A stretch of 61,036 bases of DNA, filler included, from Sphacelaria rigidula (taxonomy: Eukaryota), in assembly GCA_964200075.2 (NCBI GenBank). It is 7 parts of 7 records of this genome, joined end to end, with 100 filler letters (N's around TTAATTAATTAA, not from the genome) between each part and the next. Parts side by side here need not be neighbours in the genome. Positions count along the whole stretch, not along the records: positions 8,735 to 17,368 come from CAXNAA020010533.1; positions 17,469 to 26,102 come from CAXNAA020010534.1; 5 more parts are not named here. The stretch is one strand, 5' to 3'. The notes under the pieces are model-generated. The model was not told where the DNA came from, searched no databases, and saw only the letters and a program-made list of their open reading frames with translations. Of the stretch, positions 11,137 through 23,686 are shown one piece after another (positions within the stretch are counted from its first letter, which is position 1; the number at the start of each line of letters is the position of its first letter). The position numbers and the translations under genes are program-made.

Positions 11137-14100
11137 ATGGCTCAAGCGGCGGCAGCGCCGCTGGTGTTGAGTGAGCCGCTAAACCCGCCAAAGTATGTCG
11201 AGGTGTGGACCGCGGAAGCATCGAGAGTGTTCTACGCCAAATATCTCGACTACATAGAGCGTTTGTACCTCGCGAATGCTCAAGGAGTTACAACGCATGC
11301 TAGGGTAAGCATAGGTCAACTCATCCCGACATACATTCATTGGCACTTTGAAGGCATGTACAAGAACCGTCGGGCTATGACCCCCGAGGCATTGCTTTTT
11401 GTATTTGATTGATTGGTTGTCGCACTTTAATTGACACCCCAGGGGTCCAGCCGTGGTCTCATAATAGACATACCCAAGAAAAACCAAACTGGAACACGCC
11501 CTGAGGGGAAAAAAAAAAGAAAAGAAGAAGAAAACGGGACAGAAAAAAACAAAACAGGATTGCTAGATGCTGTGAAGCAGCATGCCGGGTACACCACGAC
11601 TGGTAGCAAACAAAATGCTGCACAGGCTGTAGCAGACCTGCGTAGAGTTTTTACTATACCGCAAAGCGATAGGACATCCGTCAAGGATAGGACGATGATG
11701 GTCAACTCATCCATGGAGAAGGTTTTCGCTGAAAACCTGACGGTGCGGGCCATGTACCGTGCGGAGGACAGGAGCTGGTTGCCAGGCCCGGTCGAGTCGG
11801 TTTCTACAGCTTCGGTGGACGGGATTTCGCCTCCGGAATTCAAGGCGTTCGTTAGAAGCGTACTAACGTATTTAAACGGTTGGAAAAAGAATCCGACGGT
11901 AGTGTTCAACAAAATGTTTGATGCCGCCCACCACTGGGAGTTCATTGAGGCGCATGGCCTGCGCGATTCTGCGGCAAGGGTGCGCGCCGCAAACAACAGT
12001 AGCAACAGAAACAGCAGCCGTGTTCACGAGCGTCGTCCACTCGCGCATGTTACAACTGCGGCGACAACGGACACCTCATGAAGGATTGCCCCAAGCCTCG
12101 CGTTCAAGGCGCTGCTCAAGGAAATGCGCGAGATTCATCAGGATCTCGAGGCGGTCGCAACGGTGGACGGGGCCGTGCCAACTATGGACGCGTGCGCGGC
12201 AGCCGCGGTAGCAAGCAATCGACGGCGGATGGTGGTTCCTTCGCTGGTGTTTCTTTCACTAAGTTATCAGGTGGTGACTCTGGATCTTCCGGTTCGCTCG
12301 TCTCGGGGCGGACAGTGTACGTGGGAAATGCTGATACTTCGGTGGGGAGTGCTAGAGCGAATAGTTCGCAACCCCTCGGTCAGGCAGGATCCGTGTCTGG
12401 TGCATCTACTGCTGCGACGGCTCTAACAGCGCCGTCTGCATATTCGACGACGTGGTCTGGGTGGACCGCCGGTTCACAATTATCGATGTCAAGTACTGGA
12501 GCGCAGCCCTGGCGTCAGGTGACTCTTGGTATCGACCAGGGCTCATCGGCAGGTGTGGTGCCTGCCGATCACAATGCAGAGCGTTTACGCGCAGATCTTT
12601 CCTTGCCTGGTTCCGTAGGTTCGTTCATGGCCCGCGATATTCTGGATTCTGGGTCCGCGCTCACGTCGATCGGTGTAGGGTTGCTAGAACAAATATCTTC
12701 GCAGTTTGGCGGCGCTCAGCTGCAGATTCCGCTCGAGAATGGACCACAAACGGCACATACCGCCAGGGGTGCTCCCGTGGCGGTGACATATAAAACGATG
12801 CCGATTACTGTCACCGTGTGTACGCTGTGGGGGGCTGTGGAGTTGTAGCCTATTACTTTCAATGTCATGCCCGGTAGGGACAACGTGGTTCTATTTGGGA
12901 TGGCGACGATGAAGGAGCTCGGGACTGATTTGTACCCGGTGGCGTTGGATAAGTTACGCTCGCGTGCTGTGCCGGTGCAAACCGGCGTGCAAAACCACAG
13001 CTATCTTGCTGCGAGGCGTGTGACCGTATCCATACGGTCGTTCCAGAGGACCAATGAGAAAAAGGCTCGTGCGGATGAAGCGGTGGAGCGTTTAGTCGAT
13101 CGGGGGCCCGACATGTTCATGAACCCTGCGGGGGAGAGAGGTGCAAGAGAACGCGCGCTAGAGGATAGCGTGCAGCAGGCCGAGCAGAAGGGCCTGAGCA
13201 CCGATGGCGCATATCGTCTGCGTGATAATTGGCTCGTCACGTGGATACATTTCGCCGTGCGCTGCGTGGTGATTCGCCAGCGTGGGTGGAGCCAATGAGG
13301 GTGCAGCTCAAGTCACAGGCGAAGGCTGTGAAGGCCAAGCCTCGCCGTTACGATCCGGTGAAGACCGGGTGGCTTGTTTCATGCATCGCAGCTTTGGTGG
13401 CGTTTGGTTCGTTGGTTGGGAACATCCAGGCTGTGTGGGCGAGTCCGGCGATGGCGGTGCCGAAAAGGGACACATTCCGTTTGGTCAGCGACTACCAGGC
13501 GGTGAACGCGCAAGTGGAACAGTTTCCGGGGGTGATGCCAAGCCAAGAAGACATGCGGGAGTTGCTGGAAGCCCAATGCTTTGGTAAGCTGAACCTGCTC
13601 TGGGGGTATTAGCAGATGTCTCTGGCGCCGGAGGTTCGGGAGATCTTTACGATCGTCATCCCTGACGATTTGTTTACGCCTTCTCGTGTCCCGCAGGGCG
13701 TGTTGAACGCCACGGCATATTTCCAAGGTGTGCTGACGGACATTCTGCGAGGTCTGAACCGTGAAGATTGGGTGGATGGCGTTTTCTACTTTGCTGAAAC
13801 CGAAGGAACACGGTTAGCTTTGCTTGACGAAATTCTTGGCCGCTTGGAGAGTGTTGGTCTGTTCGTCGCTGGGCATAAGTGTACCGTTTTTGCCCGCGAG
13901 GTGGTTTGGTGTGGTAAGGTGTACTCCAAGGGTACTGTTTCGCATGATCCCGTCTGCACCCAAGGTTTGAGCAATATGCGACGTTCTCAAACCGCTATTG
14001 AGCTGATGCAGTTTCTGCAGGCGGTGAATTGGTTGAGGACTTCGCTCCCGCGCATGGCGGAAGTAGTTGCGCCGCTTCGTGTGTTTTTGGAGCAACTTAT

Positions 14101-15843
14101 GGTCGGGGCTTCGCGTCGGATCAAGCGGGTGAGGCGTAATCGTATCATCCCGAGGGACGCTTGGGCGGAGGATCGTGTGCCAGCAGGGCGTGCTGCGCAA
14201 GATTTGGTGGGGCAAGCGGTGCCGCTGTATCATCCTCGTCCAAGGTGCGTTGTTCTGATGTTTCCAGATGCTTCGGATCTCCACTGCGGAAGTGTTAAAC
14301 ACAAGTGCCTGTCGCAGAGTTTAGTGGTGGCATTGCGCTCGAAAACATGTCACACGAACCGTTGGCTTTTCTGAATGGGAGCTTCAAGGGTTCACAGCTA
14401 CGGTGGGTGACAGTGGACAAAGAAGGTTTCGCGATAGCCAATACATTTCGAAGGCTAGAGTACTTGCTTCGGGGTGGTGTTCGCATTTTCACCGATCATC
14501 GCAATCTGAAATACATTTTTCATCCCGAAGAGTGTGTCGCATCGGTGACGAAGGCCATGACGCAACGGCTTGAAAATCGGAAAGGAATGCTCGGCCAATA
14601 TCGGTATCCCATTGAACACATTCCTGGAGAGCGCAATTGTTGGGGAGAGTTGTTGTCTCGCTCGGTGAAGGTTCCTACTGCGCCTGCTCGTTCTGTTGCC
14701 GTGTACAGCCCGTGTGATGCCAATGATTCGCTGCCCTCGTCAGCCATAGTAGGTTTTCGGTACATTTTGGTCATCATGGATGATTTGTCCAATTTCGTTT
14801 GCTTGGAGCCGACCGAGACTTGCACCGCCGAGGTTACGGCTAAGCACTTGCTCCATTGGTGCAAGACTTTGGGGGTGCCGCGTGTTTGGGTTAGTGATAC
14901 CGCCACGCACTTCAAGAATCGAGTGATCGCGCAGCTGAGCAACGCGCTCAAGTTGCGACACCAATTTGCTGTTGCGTATACCCCTTGATCGAATGGTGCC
15001 TGTAAACGCATAGTGAAAGAGGTTGTTCGTGCGTTGCGGTTCATTTTGTCGGAACAGCGACGGCCGGTGTCTGAATGGGTTGATGTTCTGCCAGCCGCTC
15101 AGTGGGCATTGAATGCTTATTTTCGTGAATACTACCGTGCCACTCCGTATTGTGTGATGTTTAGGCGTACGCCGCGTACAGCGTTTTCCGCGCTGTATTC
15201 TGTCACTGGCGGCAAGTGGAACGTCGATGTCATGGATGCTGATACGTTGCGTGACAAGGTTCGAGGCGTGGTGGACGAGCAAGTGCGGTTTTGTAATGAA
15301 GTGCCAGCTGCTGTCGCGGTGTCTCGCGAAACCAAACGCAAGCCTGCTCAGGGTCAGGCTGTGTTGCCCAAGTTTGCAGTTGGAGACTTCGTATTGCATG
15401 CCCGTGTTCGTAGGCAAGGTGTGACGCCCAAGTTGATGTCCACGTGGACAGGTCCGTGGCGAGTGGTCGGAGCCGATCACACTCACGTGCATTCGGTGCA
15501 GAACATTGTTTCTGGCGTCGTGCACTCGGCCCGTGTCGCTCGTTTACGTTTCTATGCTGACTCGCAGTTGCACATCACTACGGAACTAAAACATGTATTT
15601 CAGCATTCGTATGCTCGAGGTGAATGTCGGATGAGTGCTTTGGTGCACGTCGCTGAGGATGACAATGGTGATGTCATTGTTTTGGTCGATTGGTATGGGT
15701 TCGGTGCTGAAGAACGTACGTGGGGGTCTCTTCGCAAGGTTCATTCTTCTGCACCTGAATTCGGTTTGAAGGAACTGCGTGAGCTGCGGTTGACTCGGGC
15801 GCTGACAAGTAAATTAGCGTCGGAGTATGGTATTTCTTTGTGA
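11137..15843 (+). pseudogene. gag-pol of element 1 (disrupted)
   Basis: Chain of ORF fragments 11137, 11431, 12078, 12867, 13229, 13616, 14305, 15013; integrase HHCC region deleted at ~14740 relative to element 2. Confidence 0.9.
11397..11558 (-). mobile_element. (AATC)n-tailed retroposon inserted in gag of element 1
   Basis: Flanked by ATTGCT duplication (11391-11396 and 11559-11564); removal restores in-frame MTPEALLDAVKQHAG. Confidence 0.8.
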
Positions 15844-15921
15844 TCTGGCGCATGGGATTTCGCCTCGGTTTTTGTTGGTTGTCAAGCTCGTTCGTTTGTC
15901 TTGATCTCGCTTTGAGAGTGC

Positions 15922-16181
15922 TGTAGCCAAATGATACCAAGCCGTAGGTTTCAGTATAATCGCATGCATGATTGGAGCATTGGCAGGGGACAGGGGATCC
16001 TGGATTGACGGCCCGTATCTGTGTGATCCCCTTGCTGTCTGACTCGTGGTCTGTTTCTGGATCCCTCCGTGATAATAACAAGTGAGAAGAAAGGACTTGT
16101 CGAGCACGAGGCCAGTGATGCTGGAGGAGTTCCTCGTTGATGGTCCTCTTGTCCAGATCGTCTGGAAGAGGCTAATATACA
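15922..16181 (+). repeat. 3' LTR of element 1
   Basis: TGTAGCCAAA...ATACA, preceded by TTTGAGAGTGC. Confidence 0.8.
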
Positions 16182-16449
16182 CACATACACACACACACAT
16201 ACGCATTTTTTCTTCTGACGATACTCCCAATCCCTGTCCTTCCGCGGGACGAATCCGTGGTCCCCAGGGATCAACCCACCTTTTCCTCGCTAATCGTACA
16301 TGCCCTACATCTTGGAATCGCGGGTTGGAGCAGCTCTCCCACACCGTGTCGAGTTTTTCATTTTTTCCTCTGCTACTCACTTCCTCCCGTTTTCAATGAC
16401 GAGGATTCAGACGCTCGCTCTTCGAGAGGAAAAAACGTGTACAATAGCC

Positions 16450-16540
16450 ATATGACCATGGCTGGATCCCTGGGGGACCAGTTGAAGTGCGACAAATGAA
16501 TGAATGAATGAATGAATCAATCAATCAATCAATCAATCAA
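16450..16540 (+). mobile_element. (AATC)n-tailed retroposon 3' fragment with (AATG)n(AATC)n tail
   Basis: GGCTGGATCCCTGGGGGACCAGTTGAAGTGCGACAAATGAATG...AATCAATC. Confidence 0.7.
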
Positions 16541-16707
16541 TAGTTGGGATGTGCTCCGAATCGAACGTCCGGCCTTAGCTGTTGTTGAGATATACCGCAC
16601 ATGGACCGTACTGGGACGCGACATACAAAACACATACACACAATACAGCTGTACTCAGTAGCGGTCCGCCCCCTAAATAAGGGAGCCGCGAACGCACACA
16701 CGCGCAC

Positions 16708-16947
16708 CTTAAATGATCCCTCCATGCCGGCCATGAACGTCGCGCACATGACCACGTACGCCCCAGAGCCGAGCGTCACGTAGATCGACCTCTCCCTCTC
16801 TCGCACGGGAGAACCGGTGCCCGCAACAACATTCTCTCTCGTCAACTCTGTCACCCTAGCCGGCAAAGACCCGAGTCTCCTGGCCGAGCCTACCGCCAGA
16901 TCTTCCCGTATAACGAAACAAGCGGCGGGTTGTAGCTCGTCGCCCGT
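16708..16947 (-). CDS. Internal exon of a calpain domain III (C2-like)-containing protein
   Basis: ttttacag|...|gtgcgc, 240 nt, open; RERSIYVTLGSGAYVVMCATFMAGMEGSFK resembles the calpain_III pattern REV...L.PG.YVIVPSTF..G.EG.F. Confidence 0.65.
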
Positions 16948-17368
16948 CTGTAAAACGAAACATGAGACGCACAATTTCATCCCGATTTTCTGTTGAAAGT
17001 CTCCTTCGATTTATTTTTGAACTAGCTCTCTTGCCCTCTCTGATTTGTAACAACGAGATCTATTGTGTGTTATAAGTACTTGTGTGTGTATATACATCAT
17101 ACAGTAAATGTATTGGCTGCAGGAGGAACTCGCGGCGCAACATACATTCGCATCATTGACAAACACTCACATGGACAACGTACACGCAGTGGCACGATTG
17201 AGTTTATTGCAGTGAAAAATAAGGCTTGAACCAAAACTGTTTATCGTTCAGCATCATTGATTATACGATATCGTTTGGGTTAACCACACACACACAGTAC
17301 ATACTTCCTCTGTCCCATAAGTAAAGTCCGTGATGGGCTTCTAATCGTTTGTGCATTCAAACTCTTCC

Positions 17369-17468
17369 NNNNNNNNNNNNNNNNNNNNNNNNNNNNNNNN
17401 NNNNNNNNNNNNTTAATTAATTAANNNNNNNNNNNNNNNNNNNNNNNNNNNNNNNNNNNNNNNNNNNN
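17369..17468. other. Artificial contig linker
   Basis: N44-TTAATTAATTAA-N44. Confidence 0.98.
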
Positions 17469-17586
17469 AGGTCAATGGTCTTATGACTATGGCATGCATG
17501 ATCATGAGTACACCCCCTACACCAAATAGGGATGCGAGGTCAATGGTCTGATGACTACGGCATGCATGATCCTAAGTACACCCCCT
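17469..17586. repeat. Two tandem ~68-bp units of a dispersed repeat at a contig start
   Basis: AGGTCAATGGTCT.ATGACTA.GGCATGCATGATC.T.AGTACACCCCC x2; reverse-complement copy at ~43501-43560, next to another contig end. Confidence 0.7.
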
Positions 17587-17650
17587 CCTTATCGTAGGAT
17601 TACTCATTGTGGTTCATGGTTTGTGCGTGTGTGCTCTTTGGTGTTCTCAC

Positions 17651-20600
17651 CTCCAGGGCGTTAGCTTTGTCTCGGGCGAACGACACTTGTGATCTCAACC
17701 TGCTGAGCTCGGCGTTGGCTTTTCCAACTTCGTCTGCTCGTGAAGACGCCTCCGCTCGTAGCCTGTATCATAAATTGGTGGGCTGATTGGCGATGATTCA
17801 TTGATCTATTATTGACAGATCGGCTGCGAGTTCAGCAGCGGTCGCGAGATGCATGGGTGTACCCAACTCGAGTAGACGGGAGCACTCGCTGAAGCAGGAA
17901 TATTGGGTTATCACATACGAAAAATGAGGATGAAAAACTAAGCAGAGTAAGGAAGGAAAAGAAGCGACACAGATGACGGTAAACTGACGAGATGAGCGGA
18001 AACAGCACCGACCTCGAGAGATTCGCGGACAAGTCCCCGCCGGAGATGCAGATAGGAGGCCGAACAGAAACGCAAGGCCGGTCGAGTAGATGGCGATATA
18101 TTGTTAATCAGGCTACATGCGTGTAACCGCGTACTGAATCGTGCTGTATTCACCCTTGATTTAAATATCGACGGAAATAGTAATGATTGTGAAGGTCGCC
18201 CGCGCTGCACGAGCACAGCGGTTATTATCGTCTAACAAAACCCACGTAATTTACCAATTCCGGCTAATGTTTAGAAAGATTAGGGGATCAGGCACCTCCG
18301 CAGTAACGATATACACACGTAGAGAACAAAAATCGTTCTCAGCAGCAAAAACCATGTCGAACAAATGCGAAGAGCATGGTATTCTAGATAGACCTAACAT
18401 GAATTTCTTCTGCATTGTGTGGCTACCCGAAGTACACGCGCATAACACACACAACAATTAGATATTCGACAGGGATTCCTGAAAAACAAGAAAGGTTTCT
18501 TATGATGGGAGCGAAAAAAAAAGAGGTGCTCGGAATTATGCAAAATGGAATGAGCCTCACGCTGACATAGAGCGGGGAAATACGCCCAACATGCAACAGC
18601 CTGACAGGTTGCAACCAACTAATTCTGGTTCTGGCTCTCGCGATTTGCCGACAAGATCGTTCGAAAACCATTTTTGAATTTTCATCCTCGCCAACACCTT
18701 CCGAACGACCACAGCGGAAAAAATGTAAATAGAACGTATCTCAGTGGTCGAAATCCGGTTGTAGGATGTGTTCCGATATTTCGGTAACAGTGTATTTTTA
18801 TTTTTTTTGGGCTAAAGAGAAATACAGTTAGTTTCATGTCCAAACATGACGCGTTTTGATCCGGAGACAAACGACCCGCATTTCGTATTTAAAATAAGGG
18901 CACCACAACCTCTGGGCTCGTTTCTTACAACCTTCTGGGGGACCTCCAGTCTCCTCGGCGCCTTAGAGGAATACCATTTTGCACAATTTTGAGACGATTT
19001 TTTCCGTCGTTGTTCCCACAAAAAGAGTTCGTTCCCGTTTTCAGGATCCCCTGTTATTTGGTGAAGGGCAACTGTCATGCCGCAGAGAGAGGAAGAGAGC
19101 AAGGGTAAGCGAGAGAGCCATACAGGTAGAGAGGAAATCTATCGACGGCGTAGTTTTTTTCGGGCGGGGGCGATAAAGGTTGGTCGTAAACGTTCGGGGG
19201 TGGGGACAAAAAATCCTTTGGCGCCTGCTGACGTCATCAACAGTCTTTCGGGGCGGGGCGCGTGACGGAATGTAACCGAGAATTCATCCAGCTGATGATA
19301 TATTTTTATTTCGTCTTTCTCTTGAAATAATACGATCCGCGCTGTCAAAGACCCTGTCTGCTGGAGGATAACCTAGGGATCTCGTGGAAATGTTTCCAAC
19401 GATGATACGACTTCCGGTGGCGAACCTGCCCTAATCACGAGTAAACTCGAGGTTCAAAACCCTGTCCGTGAGGGCGTGGCCGGTGATGGGGAAGGGGTAA
19501 CATTCTCCGTCACGTACAGCGCCGACAACGTCTTGTCCCGAGTCTCATATGAAGTCTATACACAGATGTAATTGTGCAAGGGTGAGACGAATTGATGATT
19601 CGTCTGGAAATGACTTGATTTTAGTGTGATTGATTCGTACGGTACGAATCAATCCATAGGTTTCGTTTTCAGCGTTGCAACCCAGGTACGCGCAGCCCAG
19701 ACACGTGGAATGGTGCAGAAATTGCGGGGAGACCATTTTGACCAGCGGTCAACTTCTTTTCTCTATTTCGAGCAACCAGGCCTGAAAAGTCGTGGATTCG
19801 GTGATTCCAACGGGCGGTGATTCGTCCGAACCGTGTAGTTATGCGACAATTAATCGTATCTATCGGTTCACGTCTTTAGTCTCCTGGATATAACCTGTCT
19901 CCCGATGAGTTTCAGAGGCAGGCCCCGGTGTGTGGGAAAACATTGAAAATATCGAAGATTAACTGTACACCATGAGAGACTACTACAACTTACCCGCATC
20001 AAAACCAACTCCATACTGCAAGCTGAGAGGCAGGATCTCGGTGAAATCGGGCATGTATCATACTTACGGGTGATTTCGGCAAATTCTGTGCGTATGAGAG
20101 TAAAAAAAGGGGGGAAACAGCTACCACTAAGTGATAATTGAACAAATATGACGAATAGCATTCAGTACCCAGAAACAACAAACACGTCGCCAAACACCCA
20201 TGGTTGATGCCAACCCTGGTACTACACCTGACCCGAACCATAACTCGAGTCATATCGAGAATCTTCGGGCATGCGGGGTGCAGAGGACGCCTTGGTAAGG
20301 CGTGCGTTGGCAGAGCTCGAATCGGCGCCTCATGCACCGAGTTGAGCAAAACGGTGTATCAGCCTACCTAGCACACTCGCGATGCGCTTGTATTTGGGAT
20401 AAAAAGCCGGTGCCAAGCAACATACGCGAGCGTTATTCATCTGTAAAAAGTGCGTTCGAACAAGAGTTGCTGCTTTCAAGGACGATGTCGAGTGGATATC
20501 TCTGGGTGGGATGGCCCAAAATACCCCCCTCCTATCATAGCATGACTCGTGCGTGTACTCTGGTGGACACTCAACACTGTCAAACTCTCTAAAGATCCGA

Positions 20601-21065
20601 ATGTCAAGTATCTGCAGCACACGAGAACCAAGTGCGTTATAAGCTTTATGCTTGGAGAAACAAGGTTGCGTATACTCCACACCCTGGACAATAGATTGCA
20701 CAGTGAAAAAATGTGATCTAGCCGAGCCGAGAATTCGATGGTCTAGCCGAGCCCTGGGGTAATTGGCGCACGAACTCGCTTGCAAAATCTCGCTTGCGGG
20801 GTAAGTGTTGGGTTCGGTTTCCTCCTTCCGTCAAGGAAAAAATAAGAAGGAAAAAATATACTGCGTACAGTATCGGCAATTGCGCCTATTGCAACAAACA
20901 ATAGATTCCATACTGTACGCAGTACACTTTTTGACATTAGAATCTATTGTCCAGGGTGTGGTATACTCTGCTGGAATGAGCACAAACCTTGCAATGGCGC
21001 CGTTGAGAGCAGCAGCGTCGCGAGTCGCCTGGGCCAGCGCAGCCTCTGATGTGCCCAATCGTGAC
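17651..21065 (-). CDS. Two exons (20988-21065, 17651-17762) of a coiled-coil protein of unknown identity
   Basis: Canonical cag/gt boundaries; the phase-2 junction joins SRLGTSEAALAQATRDAAALNGAIAR|LRAEASSRADEVGKANAELSRLRSQVSFARDKANALE without stops. Confidence 0.6.
18470..19052. mobile_element. Old MITE-like element with CAGGG..CCTGAAAA termini
   Basis: Imperfect TIRs; related inverted copy at ~23740-24322. Confidence 0.5.
19577..19835. mobile_element. hAT-like MITE family A, older copy
   Basis: Homologous to 21119-21380; flanks TAATTGTG / TAGTTATG (6/8 match). Confidence 0.7.
20678..20960. mobile_element. hAT-like MITE family B
   Basis: Perfect 20-bp TIR CACACCCTGGACAATAGATT and perfect 8-bp target duplication GTATACTC. 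Confidence 0.88.
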
Positions 21066-21118
21066 CTGAGTAGCAATCCAGAACCGAAGTACAATGCGAT
21101 CAAAATGTTCAAAGGTTG

Positions 21119-21380
21119 CACGGGTCGGACGAATGTGTGAATCGTGTGAAAATTGGTTGATTTTGGTGTGATCGATTCGTACCGTACGAATCAATCCTTG
21201 GGCTTTGTTTTCAGCGTTGCAACCCAGGTACGCGCAGCCCAGGCACGCGGAATGGCGCAATGGTTGCGTGGGAAACTATTTTCACCATCATCGGTCGACT
21301 TTTTTCTCTCCTTCGAGCAATCAGGCATGAAAAAACGTGGATGTGGTGATTCGAACCGGCGATGATTCGTCCGAACCGTG
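21119..21380. mobile_element. hAT-like MITE family A
   Basis: TIR CACGG(G/T)TCGGACGAAT and perfect 8-bp target duplication AAAGGTTG; further copies at ~39923-40173, 52404-52473 (partial) and a short relative at ~59282-59407. Confidence 0.88.
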
Positions 21381-21715
21381 AAAGGTTGCCCGAAGAAACG
21401 AATCCTACATCAAATATGATGCAGCGGCACCGGATTTGTTGAACATTTTAGAGAGTACTGGTGTGCAAGAAGACTGCGGCTGAAGTATATATAGCACATG
21501 CACGGGATTTTACATTACTCTAGGGAATAACGTCGTTTCTGAGGATATTCCTTGCGAACATTATCTACCGAAACATTCTCCAGAAAGACATGCAAATACG
21601 CTCTCCGACTGTGATGTGTGGCCCCACTCATCCTCCGCAACTCCACCCTTAATTTGCAGAGGTGTGTTTACCAGTTGGTCGATGAAGAAATTTCTCTGGA
21701 ACATCTTTTTCTTAA

Positions 21716-21746
21716 ATAACCCTAGCCCTAGCCCTAACCCTAACCC
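21716..21746. repeat. Short interstitial telomere-like (CCCTAA/CCCTAG)n tract
   Basis: TAACCCTAGCCCTAGCCCTAACCCTAACCC. Confidence 0.6.
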
Positions 21747-22342
21747 AAGGCATACCGATAACCCTCGGGCCAGAGGGGTGTGAAGCGTTCCCTCCGCAAA
21801 GTATGGCGTTGGTAGATCTCAAGACGGCGCCACAGGCGCCGATTTTAACGAAAACGAGTTCGGCGAACGCAAGGGGCAGTTGGAGCTGTCAGCCCCGCTA
21901 AAGATCGGAATATCGGTGTTTACACTCAAATCGAGTAATAAAACTCCGGGAAGGTTCTGATAGACCAAGTGGTGAACACTACTGAATTTTCAAGCTCCCG
22001 TGTTTATACCGAACAAAACGACCTCCGTTCATTCCCGTACAAAAATCATTTATTTATTTATTATCGGCATCTCCTGTTAACACGGGATTTGCAAAGTTTG
22101 CGGAGGGATTTTGTTTCGAAGATGAGCGAGGCCACACATCATGGCCAGAGAGTGGTGCCTTGTGCATCTTTTTCGAAAATAGCTCGATGCTTCGGAAGCT
22201 TCCCAAGGCTCATCCTTGAAGCATCATCCATCCACAAGTTTGTAAAATCCACACGTTGGACAATGACAATACTTTATATTACACTAAACAAGTCTACTGC
22301 GTACAGTATCGACTATTACGCCTATTTTCTCGTTTCATTGAT

Positions 22343-22657
22343 ATTTTGTTTTGTCGCACTTTGAACCCCTCTCCTCCCTCGGGACGAGTCCGTGGTCTTA
22401 AGGGATCAACCCATCTCTCCCCTGGTACACGCCTTGCATCTTGGTCTCGCGGATTGGATCATGACCATCAGCACTCCCGCACCGCGTCAACTCACGTCAA
22501 ACAAACGCAGCCAACTACTTTATTTACTCACGTTCTAACGGATTCCACTGTGGAAATCAGATAATCCGAATAAAACCCCAACGCATCGGGAATCGAATCC
22601 TCCTTCTCTCCACCCTAATGGCGACAGTCGGACCATTACACCACCGGGGCGCCGCGG
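22343..22657 (-). mobile_element. tRNA-derived SINE
   Basis: Minus strand has A-box-like TGGTGTAATGG, B-box-like GATTCGATTCC, a ~300-bp body and a 3' AAAGTGCGAC plus A-rich tail. Confidence 0.8.
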
Positions 22658-22736
22658 CTCAAAAGACCAGAGGGGCTGAACCGGTTGTGCGTACGGAGTC
22701 TGGAACCAATGCCACCAATCACATAGCCTGACACTT

Positions 22737-23110
22737 CACACGCGGCCATTTGGCTACCCCCCAAAACACTCTGTTCCGATTTCGAGCCTCCAGAGGAATG
22801 AAATACCTCCAGAGGGTGCGCGGCCCTCCAGAGCGGTGGGATCAAGCGCCTCCGGAGGCTTGTTTCGCCTCTGGAGGGCCGCGCATCCTCCGGAGGAATT
22901 TGGAGGATGCGCGACCCTCCAGAGCGCCATATTTTTTGTTACCCTCGAGGGATTTAGACCTCAAACGTTATTGGAGCATCAGATGCCCTCCAGAGAATTC
23001 GTTTATGACCAAACTTGAGGAGGAAATGTCCTTTAGAGGGTACTTCACCGTCGAGAGGATGAAAATCACGATAGAGGATATTTATGGGGGTAGCCGAATG
23101 GCCGCGTGTG
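22737..23110. mobile_element. CACTA/CMC-like MITE
   Basis: 25-bp TIR CACACGCGGCCATT(T/C)GGCTACCCCC, TT on both flanks (2-bp TSD), many internal CCTCCAGAG-type repeats. Confidence 0.75.
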
Positions 23111-23363
23111 TTCGATCAGCGTGACCACTGAGTAGCAGCGCTCAGCCTCTTCACTATTGCAACAGCCAATAGATCCCATACTATACGCAGCACATTTTTT
23201 GACAATAGAATCTATTGTCATCATCCAGGGTGTGGTAAAATCCCGATAAACATACTGATAATGGAACATAAGTCTCGCGTTGACGACGCTATACCTCAGA
23301 AACTCCGACCGTGTTGCTCGCCCAGAGTTTACGTTAGACAACTGGGTAACATTGTACAACTTC

Positions 23364-23686
23364 CCGCTGCGCACCGGTGGTGTATTGGTCCGACTGTCGC
23401 CAATAGAGTGGAGAGAACGAGAATTCGATTCCCGATGCGTTGCGTTTTTCCTTCGGATTATCTGATTCCCACCGTGGAACGCGTTAGAACGTGAGTAAAC
23501 AAAGTGGTCGACTGAGTTTGTTTGGCGTGAGTTGACGCGGTGCGGGAGTGCTGATGGTCATGATCCAATCCGCGAGACCAAAATGCAAGGCGTGTACCGC
23601 GGGAGAGACGGGTTGATTGATCTCTTGAGACCACGGACTCGTCCCGAGAAAAGAAAGGGGTTCAAAATGCGCGACGAATAAATAAA
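23364..23686 (+). mobile_element. tRNA-derived SINE
   Basis: Same family as 22343-22657 and 59434-59748; partial copies at ~16228-16350(-) and ~37590-37710(-). Confidence 0.8.

Larger units (their letters stand above)
10690..16181 (+). mobile_element. Full-span degenerate Ty3/Gypsy LTR retrotransposon with C-terminal chromodomain (element 1)
   Basis: Two related LTRs. Gag with zinc knuckle CYNCGDNGHLMKDC, protease LDSG, RT (WASP..FRLVSDY..RVPQG..WVDG), RNase H (FPDASD..FTDHRNL), integrase core (VIMDDLS..SDTATHF), chromo-like VLVDWYGFGAEERTW. Order PR-RT-RH-IN; several stops and frameshifts. Confidence 0.93.

Noticed and set aside
14520-15525. Long antisense ORFs over Gypsy pol (similarly 51086-51799 over hAT)
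   Set aside because: Shadow frames of GC-rich coding sequence with no recognisable motifs
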